A DNA stretch of 64,000 nt from Lingula anatina (Eukaryota > Animalia > Brachiopoda), in the NCBI GenBank assembly GCA_051362555.1, contig CM120644.1, forward strand, positions 2,922,954-2,986,953, read 5' to 3'. Each line of letters begins with the position of its first letter. The stretch's first letter is position 1. Of the stretch, positions 1 to 13,600 are shown piece by piece. The translations under genes were made by a program, and so were the position numbers. The notes beneath the pieces were generated by a model. The model saw only the letters and a program-made list of their open reading frames with translations. It did no database searches and had not been told where the DNA came from.

Positions 1-3000
1 AAACAAAAAATCGTCAAGGCTTTCAATCCCCTCGCCCCATTCTGTCCACCCTCCATTCTTCATCGTCACCCGCTGATCACATTAATGGTCAAGTTGTCAT
101 TGTGTTTATGATTGAATGACTAAGCCGTTTTACATAAATATTTGAAAGTAGTGAAGAGATCTATGTGCAACAGATTATGAAAGAGACCGTTGATTCATTA
201 CTCCTCTCCGTTACAGCTAGCTATCGTTTTGGTAATTGCAACATCGCGAGTATGCCTTCATTTTGAATGTTTTTACACTTAAATTGACATTTAAATTAAT
301 GTCTGGCTTTATTTCGTAATGATCCCTTTAAATCACAACACATTTGTTCTTTTTGATGTGTGTAGAAATCGATGAATACTTAATATTGCATTTCTAATTG
401 TAGACATAAATTTCGGATTCGCCTATTTATTTTTCCTGCGAAATTAAAGCCTTCTAATCACTTCGTGACAGCATTTTTTCAAGGTCTTCAATGCAAGCTT
501 ATGCAAACCAGCTTCAGATGTTGTAGACGACATTTCAAACTGGGTTCTCTTTGATACTGACCTTTGGACAATAACCGAGGAATGGAGATTTCATGTAGCT
601 CACTGTCTATCCATTTTGTTATATTTAAGATAATAAATTTATCATGTACCATCGCATTTTTATTTATGATATATGATTTATAATAACTTACCAGGTACAG
701 CAAAGAAACCATGAATTAATGAATCTGTACTTGGGAATGTTAAACACTGGGGTGACCTTAGTGAACACATGCACAGAGGCTAAAGATCATGCTTAGCTTT
801 GGGAAATAGCTTTCTTTCTTATCAAACCGCGGAGAAGGATATGAAGCGGACTGAAGCCTCAGTCGGACAATTCCATATTTCTTAAATACGACGAGAAAGA
901 AAGCTTATGTGTATCAGTAGATTGGCAGGACGATCTCCTTTCTTGAGAGAACAATTGGCAAAGGAAGCCACCCCATTATCTGTAGATGAACATCCTCGGC
1001 GGTGGGATTCAGTGGAAAAAGGATGGACAGATACCTAATTCGGTTCATTACGAATTTCTGTACAACTAAATTATAGATAATTGTGTCCATGGTGCACCCA
1101 ATATTTAGGTTGTTGTTGTGGAGAGACAGTTAGGCAAGCAGATAGACCGACAGAGAACAGATAGATAGACAAATGGGATAAATAGATATGAAAACCACAT
1201 ACGTATCAACAAGCGATTACAAACTTTTGCCACTCCGTATTTCCCTGCTCATCCCCATTACTTAGTAATCATCTTTTTATCTCTTAACGCCTAATACTTA
1301 ATTGACAGCCCTGATCTATAGCACGGAACCATCGCAAATAGTGTTTCATCAATATTTTAACGATAATAATTGTTTCGCCGCAATTCTGTCATCACTTTTC
1401 TCGGGTGCGGGCAGGCAGGCAATTTAGTTAATGGAATTCGAATCGAGAGCGTTTTGTTCCCCTGGGGTCTTTTACCGCGAGGATTCGTATCCCAACTAGA
1501 TCTTTTGTCCTAAATTGGTATTTTTCTGCGTGTTTAGGACAGTTTAATGTGATCAGGGTTGTGGTTGTGTTGTTCCGCGCGTCGGATTGATAGGAGATCT
1601 TTTATTTATTGACAACCGCTATTTCGTTTATGTGACAGTGCCTCTCGATATTATGACCATGCAATCCTATTTCTATTGTATGGAATGTTGTAAAAAATGT
1701 CTTGTTTTGAACTTGATGACACATGAAACATTTTGCTTTTAGGCCAAACAGGTATTTAGGGACTGATTAATGGTTAACATTTTTTTAGGAAATTGATTTT
1801 TTATCGGACCTGTTTGATTCGCATGAAAAAAATACATTGAGCATCGGTTTGGTAAGTTGGAAAGATTTACATTTTGACCACAGAGAACTCTTAATGTTGC
1901 TTTATGCTTAATAATCGCTCGCACTGTGAATTTGATCCCCCCCTCCCCGTCTCGAATCGTTAATTTGGGCTTTCTTTTTCACAAATGGCCATTTCTTGAA
2001 TAAGGACTGGTTAAATAACCCTCAGAACTCATTTTATTTAACTGTTGCTGCGTCACCTCAAAGATAAAGAGGTGAGTTGAAATACGTAGAAATATTGCTG
2101 ATTCGGTATATATTTATTCCGAAAAAATGTACAAGTTCGCACATGGTGCCTGAAACATTAAAGCAGCTTTTCTAAATACTCCATAATCGCTTGCTTTCAG
2201 AGTGGTGTTTCAAAATCCAATAATATAAAGAACGGAACTTTCTCATAAATCAATTATAATACGTGTATTTAGCTGAGAGTGCCACACATAATGAAACAAA
2301 TCAGAATGGTAAAGAACACAAATCTTGACCAAAAATATACACATATTCAATAAGAATACTCTCGAAAACGTGGGTATCTAAGTAGACAGTACATGAAGAA
2401 TTTTTGATGATTAGTTTTAGATGGAACCTAAGTTTTTCCTACCCCGTTTAAATTATCTAATAGAAAGTAGAGACATAAAATGACCTTTGTGACCTTTCTT
2501 CACGACATTTTTTAATGTGAAAGATCATAATAGAATTAAACCGACCGTGAAGGGTCCACATCGAGTTAACAACAATATCACGCGCCTTGGTTACCGCAGT
2601 AATTGGACCTAATTGCAATTTGACACGTAGAAAATAGAGAGCCATGCCCATAAATGATGAATGGGCTATCAGGTTGATTGGGTGGGTCGTTCGCTCTCAC
2701 AAATGCCACGGTAAGTTGTGGAAATGTGTTTTACGCCAGGGGTAGCTAGTTTTAGTCATAGAATTGGTGTAAGCCTTTAAACCAAATTTTTGGTGTATTT
2801 CTGTATCTTAATGCATAATGGACCAGTTGATAAAAGTAGTACTGATCTGAACCAACGACTGTGACTTTCTTAACTGTTATGAAGCAGCCATCATATTCTG
2901 TTTCATTGTCCCACTACGGATATATCTTGGGTATAAAAGTTGACTAAAAGTTTGGTCTTAAAGTTTAAACCAGTTTTCGGGCTTAAGTAATTTTGTGAAA

Positions 3001-3281
3001 CAGGCCCCTCGTGTCATGGTTGGCTGCGTGTCGCATAGAATCTTTTCCAAGATACTGGCAGAGAACTTATGCCCACGTGCGCACGAGCACGATTTCGCTC
3101 ACGTGCATGGGCGCAGTCATTCAAATGTGATAGAAAATATGCATGATAATGCACAAGTACAACTGTGAATAAAACAAACTGTATTTAAAAAAAGCAATGT
3201 TTCAATAGAGATTCTGCATAATGTGAAAAATCCTTGATATTAGGCACCAACATCATTTTTATATTATATTGATTTCTGCCC

Positions 3282-3283
3282 GT

Positions 3284-3378
<95 letters not shown>
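3282..3378. repeat. Compound microsatellite (GT)n(GA)n
   Basis: Directly visible GT run followed by a GA run. Confidence 0.95.
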
Positions 3379-3379
<1 letters not shown>

Positions 3380-4809
3380 AAGCGAAGGATAGATAATGAG
3401 CTCCTTTAAGAATTTGGTAACTGAAGTTTTCTACAGATCCACACCAACCGTGCCTTATCCACTCTCATCCCGAAAAGGAATAAGAGCACGGGGACATATT
3501 AAACCCAATGCCTTTTCCCAGTCACCTGGGCTTTTTCTCGTAACTAACATGTTCCAATGCATTAACAGAATTTGGAATCTTTACGTGATTGCTTATGAGT
3601 TATCAAGTGGCATAAGCGGCAGAGAAACGACTTCCTGGATGACTGGAACCGCCAGAGAACAACAATGCTCAATGCCTTGACAAAGAATACACAGTTACAT
3701 TCGATTGCTCAACAGCCACCAGAATTAATATTGCATTAGAGAAGGACCAAGTAGCCATTGTGTTAGTTGTTCAAGCCAGTTGCAGCGGAGAAGAAACTAA
3801 CCAGAAACACAACAGCCAGTCCATTCTTGGTCTTCCATCTGTCTTATGAGAAACATTGATTTTTTTTTATTTACCAGTAATTGTTTCTCAGGGGCTCGTT
3901 TCAATGTATTTTGTTGAGAATGTAGGTGGTGTGCAACGGATTTTTTCCGCATCTAGCAGGGCAAAAATCGATGATTAAAATAGTATCGGTTCGTATGTAC
4001 AAAATTTTATGAATGAAAATCACAGAAGGTTTAAAATCCGCACAACTAGATCAATTCGGAGTAAACTCTAGGTACCCAAGGATATAGAATCCAACACAGA
4101 TAATATTTGTTTAAAAAGACCTTAAGATGCAGCATAGCTCAAAAAGCCGGTTAAAAGGGCTATCGTGTGTTTGGATACCAAATTACAATAATTATCCACA
4201 CTGACAGTCCTGTAGTGACTCTAAATCATGCAGTAAAAATCATTGTCAGCGTGCGTGCATTTAATGTGACTTAAGATAGCACAATGCTATAAATCTAATA
4301 TTTTACTTTCAAAGACAACTGTAAGTAATTTTTAAAATTATTTCATCCTTTTTTTTTTCTTTTTTATTCTTGTCTGGGAAGCAGTTTCCATTTGGTTGGC
4401 TAAGATGTCAGATTTTCTTGTCTCCTGGGTACAGTTAGTCAAGCCCGCAGTACTGAAATATCTCGCCTTTTAATGTTATGTACATCTTCGTATGTTTTTG
4501 CGTCCGAAACAAATAATCAAAAATACAAACACAGAATACAAATACAGAAAATAAAATACAGTAATGGCAAATTCACATTTGTACGTCTGGGATGCTCTAT
4601 ATGCTGTTTGCAAGAACATAGCAAAATGGCAACACCACGTAGTGTCCTTTCTGGACCAGTCGTGCAGTTCTGAATGTAGGTGGCATCATTGTATATTTAT
4701 AAGGCATGTTTCAAGAAACAGATCTAGGCAAAATTGGCCATGTGGTATCGCCGTTGCAAAAGCTGCGACATCTTCGAAAAGTCATTTTAAAAAAACAATA
4801 TTTACTAAC

Positions 4810-6180
4810 TTAACATCTGCTCGTCCCAGAGAAGAATTCAGGCTGACATTTTCTTTTCCTCAGGTACTCGGCAAAGCCACCAGCATTACTAGGTCTCCTC
4901 TGGTTCAAACGCGCCAAAACAAAAGACGGCAGAATGTCCCGCACACGTGGCACGTCATTGTCGCGGTAATTCCCTGGTAACGATACATAGATGTCGCTGT
5001 TGTCCACTGGACCTTGCCCCTCGCTGTATTCAGACAATGGTAAACTGGAGGCCCACGCTGCAAATAAAAAAAGACATTAATTACATAGTTTTATGTAGTT
5101 CATGTTGTTCAGAGAATAACGTGACTTTTACCGAAAAAAAGCGTTTTTTTTTACTGCTTGCTGTAATAGAAACAATCAGATGATGCACATGTCATAAGGC
5201 CAAGTTAAAGAAACTTAAAAGATAAATAAATAAATAAAACTTCCCTTTCTTAAACTCCCACCCCACAGCAATTTACACACGATCAGAAAATTTTCACTTT
5301 CTTTTAGCTCAGTGTTGTCACTCCCCTTCTATCGTTTCCATTCATTTCACCCCTTTTATCTCAGGGGGATATGTTTATTATACTCGCATTAGCCCAGTTT
5401 CTCGAATGTTGTCCTAAAGGCGCTGATGTGTTAATATCTTCCTCTTTGGCAAAGTGCAAGTTAAACTTACAGACGCCTGCCGGAAGAGCATGCTCGAGTT
5501 CTAAACGATTGACACTGTATGGGTAGTTTAATTTCAAATTATCCACGTCAGTGACTCGGCAGCAGATGGCATGGCAGGCCTATGGAGTGTCTCTCGAGGG
5601 AAATCTGTGCTAACGAACCAGATTTGTCGATTTACTCCCCGCCATAAAGACTCATTGGGGATTCCGATTATTAAATGCTGAGTCGGCTGCGTTAGGTTCA
5701 TTTAGAAGGAGATACGTGGTCAAATGTGCACCATAGCGACCCCAGAGTTCTACTGAAATATGGTACGAATTCTGCAATGCTAAAACTTAACCAATATCGA
5801 AACACCCACGCAAACGCTTCAGGAGATTTGAACCAGCCATCCTATCTGTCAGAGGACTCATGCCAACCTTGCCTGATGGCAATCTAATAAAAGCTAAGAC
5901 CTCCCAAAACTCTGACTTCTTTTTTAATATAAATTTGATATGAAGGCTTATTGGATATAATTTTTTGAACACTTTACCTGTTTTTGTGATTTTTAAGATT
6001 AATATGGTAGTGTTCATTTCTTCAGGCCCTATTAGAATACAGGAGAAGGGGATGGAATAATTTGATGTGAGCTGAATTATAAATTTTCGTTGGTATATTT
6101 CCCTGCAAACATATTATATCGGGCACTGTTGTTACAAGTGGCCTAACTTTTTCTTTCCTTTATATTTCTGTCTTAGTGCG

Positions 6181-6211
<31 letters not shown>

Positions 6212-7123
6212 TTTTTTTTTTTTTGCAAATTACTTTTTCATATTCAAATTCTTATGTCATATTCTAAAATTAAAAACCAAAAATATCCAAATGCAATAAT
6301 ATCAAAAAGGGTATATGCAAAATCGAGAAAAGAATATTCAAAAAGGAATTTTTCATATACGTTGATACATCTTTGCTGCATTTTCCGAGACATACCTGTA
6401 AATTATTATTAGCATCATTTTGATGATGTTATAGAAATATCCGCTTTCATATGCATATCGTATGCACAGCGAATGCTTTTTTGAGATTCCTTAAATCTTA
6501 TTACCTAATGTTGTTTTCCGATTCACCGTTTTGAAATTTAAAAAAAAAATAAATAATAAATAAATAAATGAATAAAACAAGCGTAGGAAAGAGGTTAAGA
6601 CTGTATATCTTGTATGGCAGTCAAAAGAGAGCACCAAGCACAGTTCTATTCTAATAAAAAAACTCACTGGGAGTCAACTGTATAATTAAGTGTCTCCGGA
6701 GTACGTCTAATCTATAATAAATCTAATTTTCCCCATTACCGGGATGACTTAAATGTTATTGAGACATTGTACGATTTCCACAGCCAAGAAATCTCTACTG
6801 GGGCTCACATTGGCAGTGTCGTTCAACTGTATATTCTATATTTTATTATAAGAGGGCATTTGAATTAGGGCGACGGCTGAGCGAGGTAAAATTTTGATGG
6901 CCATGTCTACTTAAAACTTTCATTAAAGCTCTCTCTATCAATTTTTTTTTTTTTGGGGGGGGGGGGGTAGCAGATGCGAATATACATTTAAAAAGGTTTC
7001 GTGTACTTTTCAGACGCATAGGCCGTCTAATACTCTAAAATATGCCAATATAATTCGAAATGTTCGCTAAACACGTACGACCGCTCTTCATATTGCAAGA
7101 CAAATAGCGGGTTTCGTGTTTAA

Positions 7124-7189
<66 letters not shown>

Positions 7190-9608
7190 TATGATTGAAT
7201 AAACTAAAAAAAATGATGGATAACAAATAGATGGAATCTAACAATAATGTATAGTAAATTAGTTCTAAATTTGATTTTTGTAAACTTTTAAGAAGGTCAC
7301 AGACAGATGAGTTCGAATTTTAACAGATAATCAAAAAGCTATATCTCAGATACAAGGAAAAGATGTTTCTGACGAATTGTTTGAAATGTATTATCTTCTG
7401 GCCATACTTTCTGTTGTGTGGATGTATTGATCATTCATATGTGCATTTATTAAATATATATTGAATATACAGACTTGACATTTAATATGGAATATTTCAG
7501 TTTCGAAGGTATACCTAGGTAAAAATATGTTCTTTTTTCAAAAAACTCCGATCTCATATCAGATTTGTGAATGTAAAAGTGTGAAGTCAGGTGTGTCACT
7601 ACCAATTAACTGACTTTCATGTCTGTTGTGCTGCTACATTATGTAATTTGCAGTGATTTAATTGGGTAGTGTTCCTTTGGGCTGATCAAAGCTTGGCTTA
7701 GGCAAAGCTTGGTTCTGTCAAAAAAGTATCCATATTTCGGCAACCATTGCATAGAAGAATTTGAAATTTTGCATGCAAGCGGTCAGTTTTGCAGTGCGTA
7801 AGATGAGTCAAGTATTGCATTACAAATTTGTTAATCTAAGGCAGAATGGCGCGAAAAAGACAGACATAACCAGACAGATCATAGCGCCAAATGGAACGGT
7901 CCCCAAAGTTTAATAGAGTAATGCCCAGACTGATGTACCTACACAGAGGTCACCCCCAATTTATCAAAATCTTACCTACATGGTACAGGACCCACTGTCT
8001 TTCGGGATACGCTGCTGCAACTAAACAACAAACACTTAGTCCGTTCAGAACGAGGGGTAAATTGCCAATAAAATGCGTTTTTCAAAGCCCTTAGCGAACA
8101 CCAAACTGGTTTTAGCAGGTAAGAACACCAAACGACCTCCGAGGCACCCACTGTATACAGCAAAGCATCGTCGTCTGTTTCTCTAATGAATTGGGGGCCA
8201 TGACCGTTTCTGGGTAGAACACTGAAACTGCGTGGCTTTCTTTATTGAGGTCAGATTTCAACTGAACCGCCCAATTAGTCAAAACAGAGTTTACAGATAT
8301 CCAGAAGAGGCCTACGACGAAGCATATGCCGGGTCTAAAGTGACAAGGGCAATTGACAGCATCAGTATTTGGAGTAGATACCACATTGGTACCAAAACAC
8401 CAATGGTAGTCATAGACGAAAACCTGAACCAGATCTAATTAAGGAATAATGTCGGAACCACTTGACTATCATTTGATAGGGGGCACCTTAGGAACAATTC
8501 TAGGGTGCACGATGAGGTTGCAGATTCACATAGAGCTCTTTTAATAGCAGATAACTTACGGAACCAAGGGAATGAGCAGCTACCCTGGTCATCAAAATCG
8601 CCACATTTGAAGCACATAGACAATATTTCGGTAGACCATTACTCGCCAATCAACTGCCTACATGTCCTACAACAAAACTGGACCAGATTGGACAATTTTA
8701 GACCGATGCCTGGAATGCTATTCCAGATTGAACTCTAAAAACCTATCCCCAAGGAATGCCTTGACGCTTAAGAGCGCTGGCAACAGCAACGAAGTGGCCA
8801 GGCGTAACAGCGACCATTACTGTGACTAGCAAATGACATGAGGGTCTTTTGTGGAGCGTATTACCCTTTTACAGACGATAATTTGAAAAATATGGAGATC
8901 CAAAATATCTCTTTTAATGGAAGTCGTATGACATAGAATAGGCAATGTGTTTTTGTTTGCTTCTCTGGCGAATTCCATTAATGAACTGGTGTCACAATGA
9001 CATCAAAGAGATAATTTAAAGTTATTAAAACACGATTTTAATCCTTATTTTCATTTATCAGTCAGCAAAATGGGGAAAAACTGATAAAAAATTATTTCGA
9101 AAAAAATATTCCATATTAAATGTCAAGTCTGTATTTAATAAATGCATGTATAAACGATCAATGCATGAGACTCAGAGAGAACAAATGACTTGTTGATTTA
9201 TTTTATTAAGCGAAGTAAGAAAACCCCGTTATAATAATATTATCATTAATAATGATTTAAAAGAAACAAATAAACAAGGAAAAAATAACTTAATCGTGCA
9301 TATTGAATTGTTTAACAAAATCTCACTCATAATGAAAAATCAGAACCGAAAATCATGCTTTTTTTTCATATTAAATCAGATTTAAAGTCAATTGGTTTTG
9401 TATGAAAAAGGAAGAGGATAGCGTAGTAAATCGTCATCTAGCATTAGGGCAAAATAATGATCATCCTAATGTAAAATCACTAGAAAATAATATTTATTTT
9501 TAAAAAGTCTACGAATTTTTAAAAAATTATCTCACCTGTAACTGCTAGAAGTACTCCCAACACGAATACCACTCTGAGTGAAATCAAGTCTCTCTTCAAC
9601 GGCTCCAT
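4810..9608 (-). CDS. Putative neuropeptide/peptide-hormone precursor, 106 aa, coding exons 9608-9536 and 5057-4810; signal peptide plus C-terminal cyclic peptide KCQPEFFSGTSRC
   Basis: Exon 1 encodes MEPLKRDLISLRVVFVLGVLLAVT and ends G|gtgag (phase 1). Exon 2 follows a pyrimidine tract tttgcag| and continues in phase as AWASSLPLSEYSEGQ...RRPSNAGGFAEYLRKRKCQPEFFSGTSRC*. It has a hydrophobic signal peptide, an acidic spacer, basic cleavage sites and a terminal Cys pair. Confidence 0.7.
7127..7187. repeat. (TA)n microsatellite
   Basis: Directly visible. Confidence 0.95.
7407..9181 (+). mobile_element. Decayed Tc1/mariner DNA transposon inside the intron of the peptide-precursor gene
   Basis: Inverted repeats at ~7421-7507 and ~9097-9166 (tacagacttgacatttaatatggaatattt / aaatattccatattaaatgtcaagtctgta). 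Frameshifted Tc1 motifs in the ORF fragments: FFIEVRFQL~FSDESRF, RVYRYPEEAY~RVWRRxGE, SISIWSRYHIGTKTPMVVIDENLN~SVMVWG..GNLN, LPWSSKSPHLKHIDNI~WPxxSPDLNPIE. Ends are approximate. Confidence 0.75.
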
Positions 9609-12391
9609 ATTGTCCTTTTGTAGTAACGGAAATATTCAAAAAATCTCCACACAAGACAAGATAATGCTACAGCTCAACGGACTTTCTCCTTCAGCCTCCA
9701 AACTAAGTTAATATCCTTTTTGGCTATGAGCTCTCCTTTTCACCTGGGTCTTCTTATAGCTTTAGTCAGAGGGCGAACGAGATCAGAGAATGACTGGAAA
9801 GATCGACGACGTACATAGATAAGGGGTGGGTCAATTACCGCGATGGAATTACGGCGTGTATGTGACAAAGTGGGATGTGGTTCTCCATTTATCACTTCCG
9901 ATTTCAGACGGTGTTTTAATCTCTTAATTGTTCAAATATGCATATCAAAGGGACTTTGTCGACTTCTGTTTATATTGACATATATCTGCGCCAGAAAATG
10001 ACAATTTGTTCAGTCACTTATAACTAATCACGTCTCTTTTAATGGAATCAATTAGCTGGAGAAAGCCTCCATTTTTTGCCGCGGGCAAGTTCACGATTGA
10101 ATAATAAAATCGCTATTGTTGCGATCTTAATGACGCTGTTCTTAGTTCGAAAATTCCCAGTAACGAGTGACTTGACAACCCACGTTCTATCAGTTTAAAG
10201 TAACTATTTTGAACAAAATACCATACGCCTAGCAGTTTTATTGCAAAAAAAAAAAAAAAAAAAAGTAAAGCCTTACGTCATTCGGATCGAGTCAGGGAGG
10301 ATCAAAGCTGTGCATAGTGAACGTGCCCCCATGCGTAGTACCTTCCCACAATAAAATGGCGTCAAAAAGCGTTCATGCCTACGCTTCGATCGGTTTAAAG
10401 CCCGTTTCTATAACCACTGAAAGCGAATTTTAAATAGGTATTCCACGGAAGTATTTATCTGTACCAGAAGGAATTGCGTCTCGAGTACACTTAAAAAGAT
10501 GTAAAGAGAATTAAACGTGAATTAGAGAGAACTTTTGTAGGTCCCTTTACAAATCACATCCAAGGGCAGTGTTTCGGAATTTTTGTTCCTTCCCTTGTCC
10601 AATTAGATTTAACAATAAAATGTGACAGATTTTTGGTTGGTATACATGTACATACCAAAAATGTTTGCATATGTTTGCTTATTATTCCAAATTCTCGCGG
10701 AGATAAAAATGTTTCGCTAAAAATTATAAATACACAAAGTAGAAATACTAACAAGTAGTCGTGTATGTCGTAGGCCTATACAAACAATAACATACTTTGG
10801 GTGTCAGGTAACAGGCCCACACCAAACTAAAATACATTTAAGGATAGCGGACACCTGTAGGCCAAATGTTGACATCTAAAACGGATCTTATTGCTGTGGA
10901 ACTCGAAATCATTCCAAGACTTTTTCTTTCATCTTGTCTAAAAATAAAAAAGAAAATAAAAAAATCACTGGTCTAGAGGAATTTGCTCATTTTTTAAACT
11001 TTCAAGCGTAAAAGAAATGAAAGTGTAGGCCTATTTTTGTATATGGAATCACGGATAACAGAATCACGAATGCCGCAAACAATTTACAGGAAAACATCAA
11101 TTCGATGATGATGATGATGTCAAACAGACAGTGAGTCAATGTCAGTTTGAACCATTCAGGCTCAGCAGGTAGCAACGTGAAATACCAAAGTGCAAAAACA
11201 CCACGGCTCATTGCACTGACATAGGGGTAGGGATCTGATGACTCTTGAAGCTGTCTGTAAATTCGCATCATTCAATCTGCTATGAAAGTTATTATATTGA
11301 TGATTCTGGCTCGCAAACGTGCAGGTTTTACCATTGATAGGGGTAAGGCCTACTATATATCCTAGGTGGGTAAAGTTTAAAACTTTCTAGGGTTAAGATG
11401 AACCGTGTGGACGTCACCTCCGCATGAAACGCGTTGATGAAAAAACACAGTTAAAATTGCTTACAAAAACATTATCTTGCAAAGTAATGGTTAAAATAGT
11501 AACCACGGGCAAAAGAAATTGCACAGCTGCATGGAAAATAACGCAATCTAAGTACGCCCGCATATTTTTTTCTCCTGAAAAGAATCGACGAGTATTGAGC
11601 TTATTCAACTTGCCACACCCTTGTTGGACGCTGAATCTTCAAGAAGGCGGACAGCAGAATCTTTCTATGAACAGAGTTAGTGACATCAGGTAGGGAGGCC
11701 TGAATGCATGGGTTTCTTCTAACTCGTTGTCCGGAAAATTGTGACCATTTATTTATTTATACCGCCCGGTTTTATTCATTTCATTATTTTTTGTCAACTT
11801 CTCCCCATCGAGAACATAGATACCAACAGAGAATCGACTATTTGGTAGTGGACAATGATGAAGAAAATTCTTCTCAGTAATGTTATAGAGACCAGCTAAA
11901 ATCCCCCATTAAAATTCACTTCGGAAAACCAAAGAATCCCACTTGGGCCCATGCGAAAGCGTTACCGAAGTCGAAGACACGACCAATAATCGTACTAAAT
12001 TGCTTCTGCTTTTGATTCAGAGATTGATTTTTCTCTGTTGCATTGTTTCTATTTATTGCGCTAACGGGGTTTCGTGGGCACTCCCTTCAGGTGGAAATTA
12101 GCCGTCACATTATTGAGTACAGGGTCGTCAATAATTTACCGTTCCATTGTTAGGCTACTTAGACTAATATGCACGTGGGCCTCGTATGTTAAACTTGGCT
12201 TTGAATTGATATTTGATTGGATATAAATGAAGATGTCAAAATATAAAGTTAAAAGGACAAAAACATCCAAGGAAACCCATATCGGTACCAAAAGGAGAGT
12301 GGGTATGCAAGTGAAAATAAATGAATTTAGAGAGAGGGAATACAAATATTGTATTGTCAACGAGTGATAGTAGCAGTAATATTCATTGCTT

Positions 12392-12431
<40 letters not shown>

Positions 12432-12869
12432 AGGGCGTCGGGAAAAAAACAAAAAGTAAATTTGATTTAAGTAATACCAGAAGGCGGCCACAACGCCTCG
12501 CATTACCAAGAGCAACAAATAGATGGTCTACCAAAACAACACGAATCCATCAATGGGCAATTCCTTCCATTGGGGTTAGAAAGGGAGAGGCACGAGACAG
12601 ATAACAACAAGAGACGCCCCCGTCACAACAACGACTGTCAACTATTCTATGATTACCTGCTTCTGTCAAAAATGAAAAAAGCGCAAAAGGAGTTTGTTTG
12701 ATAAATCTGTCCGTCGGTAGTTGATGGAATAATTGCTATGATTACGCTAATTTAACGACATGGGCCACTTCAAATAAAATAAAATAAAACAAAATATAAT
12801 AATAAAACAGTGGCTCACTTATTTTGCATAACATTTGCCCCACTATTCTTGCTGCTTTAGTAATAAGTA

Positions 12870-13600
12870 TGATGATAATAATAAGTTTATTTGATACATT
12901 GCAACAAAAGGTCGAAGTTGTACAGACAAGCTCGAATAAAAATCATAAAATTAAATATTTACATAAAATGAAGGATTTACGTTAACACCAAATTGAGTTC
13001 CACATAAAACACTGACCTCCGAAAGTTAGATAGAGGAAAAGGTATAAAAGTGTTTCGGAAACGTTCAGTTTTGAATTAAGGTACATTGAAGTTAGATTGG
13101 TTGTGTCTTAACTTTCTGTATGTTCTGGATGTTAAGGGGTAACTTAGCTTGTCCTTGTCGTTCTTTTATTTTCTCGATGAAAGGTTTTCATAGTTCTATG
13201 CCTCGGTTTTCTAAAGTGACAAGGCGTGCTTTTACCAGGGCATCAACAGAAAATAAATCAGAATTTAATTCTAATAAGCATAATTCTGAGTGCCCTCGAA
13301 TAAATAGTTTCTGTTAAATTGCAGTTCTCACTAGTTTACCCCGGGGTGCCATACAGGACAAGCATATTAACAGCACAGCGAATTAAACTGATCCACATGA
13401 ACAAGATCTGACGAGGGCAGTTTTACACGTTCAAGTTGGCGCAAATAACGCAACCGTATGGGTGCGTGCTTTTTATTGATATATTCAACATGTGCAGACC
13501 ATTTTAGGTCTTTTTTTTATGACAACACCACAAATTTCGCTGACACAACTCCCTCTAATATCAACGGTGATTAAAATTCAGGCACAAACCAAGTTAACTT
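12870..13600 (-). mobile_element. Degenerate 3' fragment of a CR1/L2-group LINE
   Basis: Minus-strand translation gives DLKWSAHVEYINKKA...RLRYLRQL...YACPVWHPG and the terminal KTERFRNTFIP, with frameshifts. It ends in AATAAA followed by a (TTA)n-like tail near 12870-12890. Confidence 0.7.

Noticed and set aside
2737-3010. Possible Harbinger-like MITE ending TTTTGTGAAACAGGCCCC
   Set aside because: The left terminus is too degenerate to confirm a TIR pair or TSD.
4564-4980. 138-aa plus-strand ORF
   Set aside because: Antisense shadow of the precursor exon and its 3' region; no recognisable domain.
12136-12604. Overlapping 132-aa and 72-aa ORFs
   Set aside because: Driven by a (GA)n microsatellite and low complexity; no domain or splice support.
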